Of a stretch of DNA of 15,554 nucleotides, positions 11,264 through 15,554 are shown piece after piece. The translations under genes and the position numbers were made by a program. Every line of letters starts with the position of its first letter. The stretch's first letter is position 1. The notes under the pieces were generated by a model. That model made no database searches. It worked only from the letters and a program-made list of their open reading frames with translations, and was not told where the DNA came from. Source of the DNA: an uncultured Acidobacteriota bacterium (lineage in GTDB: Bacteria > Acidobacteriota > Thermoanaerobaculia > UBA5066 > DATFVB01); the NCBI GenBank assembly GCA_963813155.1, contig CAWEYG010000009.1, positions 1 through 15,554 of the forward strand, written 5' to 3'.

Positions 11264-12706
11264 GTGGATCTTTCCGAACTCCTCAAGTTCACCACAAAAA
11301 AAGGCGCGTCGGACCTGCACCTGAAGCCGATGCGGCCGCCCCTGCTGCGGCTGAACGGGAAGATGGTCCCTCTCAAGACCGAACCGATGAGCCCGAAGGT
11401 CCTGGAAGAGATGCTCCTCCCGATCCTGACGCCCGTTCAGCGCGAGAGGCTCGAGCGCGATTTCTCCGTCGACATCGGGTACGGCCTGCAGGGCGTCGCC
11501 CGTTTCCGCTGCAACATTTTCACGCAGCGCGGATCGTACGCGGCCGCGTTCCGCCGCATTCCCTTCACGCTTCCGACGATCGACGAGCTGGAGCTCCCGG
11601 AGGTCCTGAAGAGCTTCGCGCACCTACCCGGCGGCCTCGTCATCGTCACGGGCCCGACCGGCTCGGGAAAATCGACGACGCTCGCCGCGATCATGCGCGA
11701 GATCACCGAGAAGCGCCCGGTGCACATCGTGACGATCGAGGACCCGATCGAGTACCTCCTCTCCGACGGCCTCGCGGCCGTCTCGCAGCGGGAAGTGGGC
11801 ACCGACACGCCCTCGTTCCACGAGGCGCTGCGAAACATGATGCGCCAGGACCCGGACGTCATCATGGTCGGCGAGATGCGCGACTGGGAGACCATGCAGA
11901 CGGCGATCACCGCGGCGGAGACGGGTCACCTCGTCTTTTCGACCCTCCACACGAACAACGCGGCGCAGTCCATCGACCGCCTCATCGACTCCTGCCCGGG
12001 GAACCTCCAGAAACAGGTGCGCGACCAGCTGGCCCTCGTGCTTCGCTCGATCGTTTCCATGAAGCTCGTGGAGCGCGCGGACGGCAAGGGCCTGACGGCC
12101 GTCGTGGAAATCATGATCAACTCGCCGAAGATCGCGAAGCAGGTCGAGCTCGGCGAGACGAAAGACATCCTGGACGAAATCGAGTCTTCGGTGGGCTACT
12201 ACCGGATGCAATCGATGAACCAGTCGCTTCTCGCCCTTCTCGTTCACCAGAAGATCTCGTACGAGAAGGCGATGGAGATTTCGACCGACCCCGAGGACCT
12301 TTCGCTGAAGCTGCGCAAGCTGTTTCCGCAGATCGAGGAATCTTTCCGAGGAGGAAAAATGTCGTTCAACGATTTTTCCATCGTCACCGGGCTCATGGAT
12401 ACCCAGAAGCTCTACGACGAGCAGGAAGAGAAGTGGAAGATGCGGGTCGCCGAGTTCCAGGAGGAAGTCGGCCGCCTTCGCCAGGAAGTCGAGGACCAGC
12501 GCCGGCTCATGGACGCGAAGACGAAGGGCTACGCGGACCTGGAAGCCGAGACCTCGCGGCTGCGCGGAGAGGCGGACCGGATCCAGAAGGACGCCGGCCA
12601 GAAGATCGCGGCCCTCAACGACCGCATCAAACAGCTGAACGCGCAGCTCGCCGACGTCGCGGGCGCGCGCAAGGCCACGGCGAACGAAGGATTTTTCAAG
12701 AGATAA
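11264..12706 (+). CDS. pilT: PilT/PilU family type IV pilus ATPase with C-terminal coiled-coil extension, 480 aa
   Basis: ASDLHL, RFRCNIF.QRG, Walker A GPTGSGKST, TIEDPIE, QREVG.DT, Walker B DPDVIMVGEMRD and His box TGHLVFSTLHT; SD GGGAGG before GTG 11264. Confidence 0.92.
   Translation: MDLSELLKFTTKKGASDLHLKPMRPPLLRLNGKMVPLKTEPMSPKVLEEMLLPILTPVQRERLERDFSVDIGYGLQGVARFRCNIFTQRGSYAAAFRRIPFTLPTIDELELPEVLKSFAHLPGGLVIVTGPTGSGKSTTLAAIMREITEKRPVHIVTIEDPIEYLLSDGLAAVSQREVGTDTPSFHEALRNMMRQDPDVIMVGEMRDWETMQTAITAAETGHLVFSTLHTNNAAQSIDRLIDSCPGNLQKQVRDQLALVLRSIVSMKLVERADGKGLTAVVEIMINSPKIAKQVELGETKDILDEIESSVGYYRMQSMNQSLLALLVHQKISYEKAMEISTDPEDLSLKLRKLFPQIEESFRGGKMSFNDFSIVTGLMDTQKLYDEQEEKWKMRVAEFQEEVGRLRQEVEDQRRLMDAKTKGYADLEAETSRLRGEADRIQKDAGQKIAALNDRIKQLNAQLADVAGARKATANEGFFKR
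12348..12361 (+). promoter_or_regulatory. Internal in-frame ribosome binding site and ATG within the pilT-like gene
   Basis: GAGGAGGAAAAATG; ATG 12359 is in frame (codon 366), at the ATPase/coiled-coil boundary. Confidence 0.55.
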
Positions 12707-12864
12707 GCGCTCGACCCGGGATCGCGGCGTGGCCCCCAGGACGCCGAGCTCGGCACTCGCCCGCTGGCACGGCGCGATCAGTCGGGGTGGAATCAGTCTT
12801 CCGCGCCTCTAGCGTTCGGCGCGAGATCTCGCCTCTCAACTAACCACGAGATTCTTCTTGCGCC

Positions 12865-13380
12865 TCACTCATGGCCTGCGGACGAGCGCCTGCGCCCCGC
12901 GTCCTGGCCCGCCCGATTGGCGCGCTTCTTTCCAGCAAACGTCCGAATGATGAGCCTGCCACGCCCCCTGGATGGCAACGGAACACTCGCCAGGTCGATC
13001 GCAACGGCAATTAGCGCCGCCACATCCGGATGCGCCAGCTGCCGGGCAGCCTCCACGCGGATGAAACGGGCTTGCTTGCCCGATCCCACCAGTAGCCTCT
13101 TCGGGTCGGGCAATTGTGGCCCGTGCATGAGGTACAGACGCACCCCATCCGGACGCGCGGCGGTTGCGACGATCGCATCCATGGGTCGATCCGTCGACGA
13201 ATACGCGATGACGAAGAAGCTGCGGTAGTCGTACACCAGCTCGTTGGCCGTCGGCAGCCGCTTGCGCACGGCAGACCGGACGGAGCGGATGAACCTCTGC
13301 TCCGCGGGATCGAATTTCTCGATGAGCGACCGAAGCTGGGCCTCTGGTGTGCTCTTCGCGTCAACAGAGCTGGCTACCAT
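12865..13380 (-). CDS. DUF1801 (YdhG-like) domain protein, 171 aa
   Basis: RKRLPTANELVYDY, VRLYLMHGPQLPDPKRLLVGSGKQARFI and PDVAALIAVA; SD GGAGG before ATG 13380. Confidence 0.8.
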   Translation of the reverse strand: MVASSVDAKSTPEAQLRSLIEKFDPAEQRFIRSVRSAVRKRLPTANELVYDYRSFFVIAYSSTDRPMDAIVATAARPDGVRLYLMHGPQLPDPKRLLVGSGKQARFIRVEAARQLAHPDVAALIAVAIDLASVPLPSRGRGRLIIRTFAGKKRANRAGQDAGRRRSSAGHE

Positions 13381-13434
13381 TCTGTCCTCCGGGATCTTGT
13401 AAAGGTTGCCGCAAAGGATCCGCCGAATGACACG

Positions 13435-13526
13435 GCTTCCACCTTCGCGTGAAGCTTCGGCGTGGCTTCCCAGCGGCAAGGCCGCGGGCCGTAGCTCGCC
13501 GGCCGTACCTTTGGCGAAGGCGAAGC
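13435..13526. repeat. REP/REPIN-like intergenic inverted repeat
   Basis: Arms GCTTCCACCTTCGCGTGAAGCTTCGGC (13435-13461) and GCCGTACCTTTGGCGAAGGCGAAGC (13502-13526) are imperfect reverse complements around a 40-nt spacer. Confidence 0.6.
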
Positions 13527-13561
13527 TTGTCGCGACGTCAGCCGGGAAACGAGCCGTACGC

Positions 13562-15554
13562 TTATCGGCCGACCGGTCCAATCCTCAGTTCCGTTCCAGG
13601 CACCCAGCAATAATGTCTCCATGCCACCGACTGGAAGTATCTCACCCTCCGCGCCGTCCGCGTGTGCTGCTCGAAATTCCAAAGACGCACGGTCCTGGCG
13701 CGACGTGGTCCTGATGAGTTTCGCCCACCCGATCGGCGATATCCAAGAAGGATCGTAAAATGCGCTGTTTTCCCTATCTCGGGCCCTGGCGGTTGCCAGG
13801 CGCGATGGATAGTCCCGAGTCCCGACATCGGTGCCGAGATTTCGCACTCTGATGCACGACAACCGTCCCAGCTCGAGGTCTGCTGATGATCTCCGCCGCC
13901 ACCATGTTGTACGGATGGTGTCCGAGTCCTCGCCGTTCGCAGCTGCGGCAGCCGATGTTGGTCCCATTCAGCAAACTTCGCCGGAATTCGCAGCTTCGCT
14001 GTCTCCAAATTTCGGCGGAAGGTGGTGGCGGTTGACCCAATAGCGTATTGTAGGTGGTGCCCTCGCATCGGTACACGGTGCCGACTCGTGTGACGATGGC
14101 CTTCCCCATGGGTCGAACCAGACTCGTCGGCGGGAATCTTCTCGCGATGTCGAGTGCGTGACCGCCGCGTCCGGGGTAGACGTCTCGTTCGACTCCCTGG
14201 TTCGCACCTTTATCAGTCAGCCGGGAGGGTCGGAGCATGTTGACGGCTACACCCAGCGCTTGCGCCTCGTCGTGGATCTTAATCAAGGTTTCGCGCTGTT
14301 CACGCGAATACGCGGGAACCATTGAGCGACTTGCCTCGGTGGTGAAGTTGACGCCGCGAAGTATAAGCTGCTTCACCGCGTACTCATCCAGCAGGGCGGG
14401 AATCCGGCCAAGCTTTCCAATGTGTCATTCATCACCACGGCGTGAATGCGGACAGTTTCCGGGTTGTCGATAGCGGCAACAGCGCGCTTCAGTCCAGCGA
14501 GGTTCTGCTCAAAGGCTGCCCCCGGGTTTTTTGATACAGGTCCGGTTCCGGCGAATCGATTGAAAACGTGAGCTCACGCGGTGCCTGAGTTTACCAAGCG
14601 AGGGGCCCTCTCAATGTTGATCAGGTCGCCGTTCGTGCAGATAGCCGTTTTCCTCCAGCGTCATCAAGCTGGCGAAGGTAATTAAGAACTCAGGGTGCGT
14701 CCATGGCTCGCCCGTGCCCAAGATGTTCACTGTCTCAACGTGCCGCGCCGTCGCCAAAAAGCGAGCCCATACCTGAGGTGGCAGCGTGCTCAGACGCACC
14801 GCCCCTTTCTGACCCTCGAACACCTCCTGGTTTCGCTGAGGTGACAGACAGCTCTCTGGTGTGCTGCGCATCATAACAGCCATTTCTCCGGGCAAGAGAT
14901 TGAGCACAGGGCTGTTCAACTTCGCCGCTTTTCCTGAAAGTCGTGACAGATGGTGAACGGAGCAGCAATCCCGGAGCACTCGACCATCACCGGGTCGCTC
15001 TTCCATCTCGCCGGAGAGTCCTGATCAACCTTGAAGGTTGTCGATCTCGACCACGCACATGAAATGGTGACGCTGTGGAAACCTGACTGGTAGTGGTCTC
15101 AGAATTCCAAGACATAGTCAACCAGCACAGTGACTCCTGCGGGGATTGGTGGAGTTCGAAAGTTCGTGTGGAACTTGAATTCGATCTGCTCAACACCACG
15201 AGGGAGCCTGTGGATCCCAACGTCTCTCGACCAATACCATTGCCAGCCGTCCAAGCCGTTTCAGCCTCATACCAGCCCTTAACTAACCACCGCTGATCTC
15301 CCGCCATGACGACACTAGGGTTCCCCTTCCAACGCCGTGCTCTCAGCCGCTTCTGGTCTGGGATAATTTTGGACCACACCTCCACGTCTCGGCAGGGGTT
15401 CCACCGTCGAACTTCTTCATGGCGAGGCAGCACCCAGGGCAGCGATCTGGCACATAGAACTCTCGGTCGCGTGCAGTCGACAGCCGGCTTTCGCTACTCG
15501 CGGGACTACAGGTACAGCGGGCGGGGTTGGAAACCGGGGTTGGTGGCTGCTTCT
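13562..15554 (-). pseudogene. Multiply frameshifted radical SAM/SPASM-domain gene with N-terminal beta-sandwich-like and C-terminal Ig-like domains (pseudogene or read errors; 5' boundary uncertain)
   Basis: Collinear motifs across frames: GWYEAE..LDGWQWYWS, ILGTGEPWTHPEF, ICTNGDLI, LTFSIDS.EPDLYQKTRG, HAVVMNDTLESL, FDPW/KAIVTRVGTVYRCE, EIW..EFRRSLL..GCRSC, IRVRNLGT..RLATARARDRE.SAFYDPSW, HVAPG, YFQ, CWVPGTELRI; TAA at 13562-13564. Confidence 0.75.

Noticed and set aside
12800-12864. Integron attC site or IS end around CAACTAAC
   Set aside because: No matching GTTRRRY partner with an attC-like hairpin, and no integrase or transposase in the window.
13374-15433. Separate short ORFs on both strands in the ORF track
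   Set aside because: The minus ORFs are fragments of one frameshifted radical SAM gene; the plus ORFs are antisense noise.

Overview
High-GC bacterial chromosomal segment; the gene content and style suggest Acidobacteriota, possibly Thermoanaerobaculia, which is inference only. Positions 1-12.7 kb hold tightly packed, mostly core genes: a small membrane protein, an MmcQ/YjbR protein, a secreted S53 peptidase, an SRPBCC protein, thiC, an MlaC-like/TM/TPR protein, a gatC-gatA-(3xLysM-amidase) operon without gatB, a class II tRNA nucleotidyltransferase that appears to lack the A-adding loop, and a PilT-family ATPase with a ~115-aa coiled-coil tail preceded by its own in-frame SD+ATG. After ~12.85 kb the GC looks lower by eye. 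This part has a DUF1801-like gene, a REP-like inverted repeat and a heavily frameshifted multidomain radical SAM/SPASM gene that the ORF track misses. Three single-base +1 frameshifts (TPR gene, amidase, gatA) and the many indels at the right end are probably sequencing errors.
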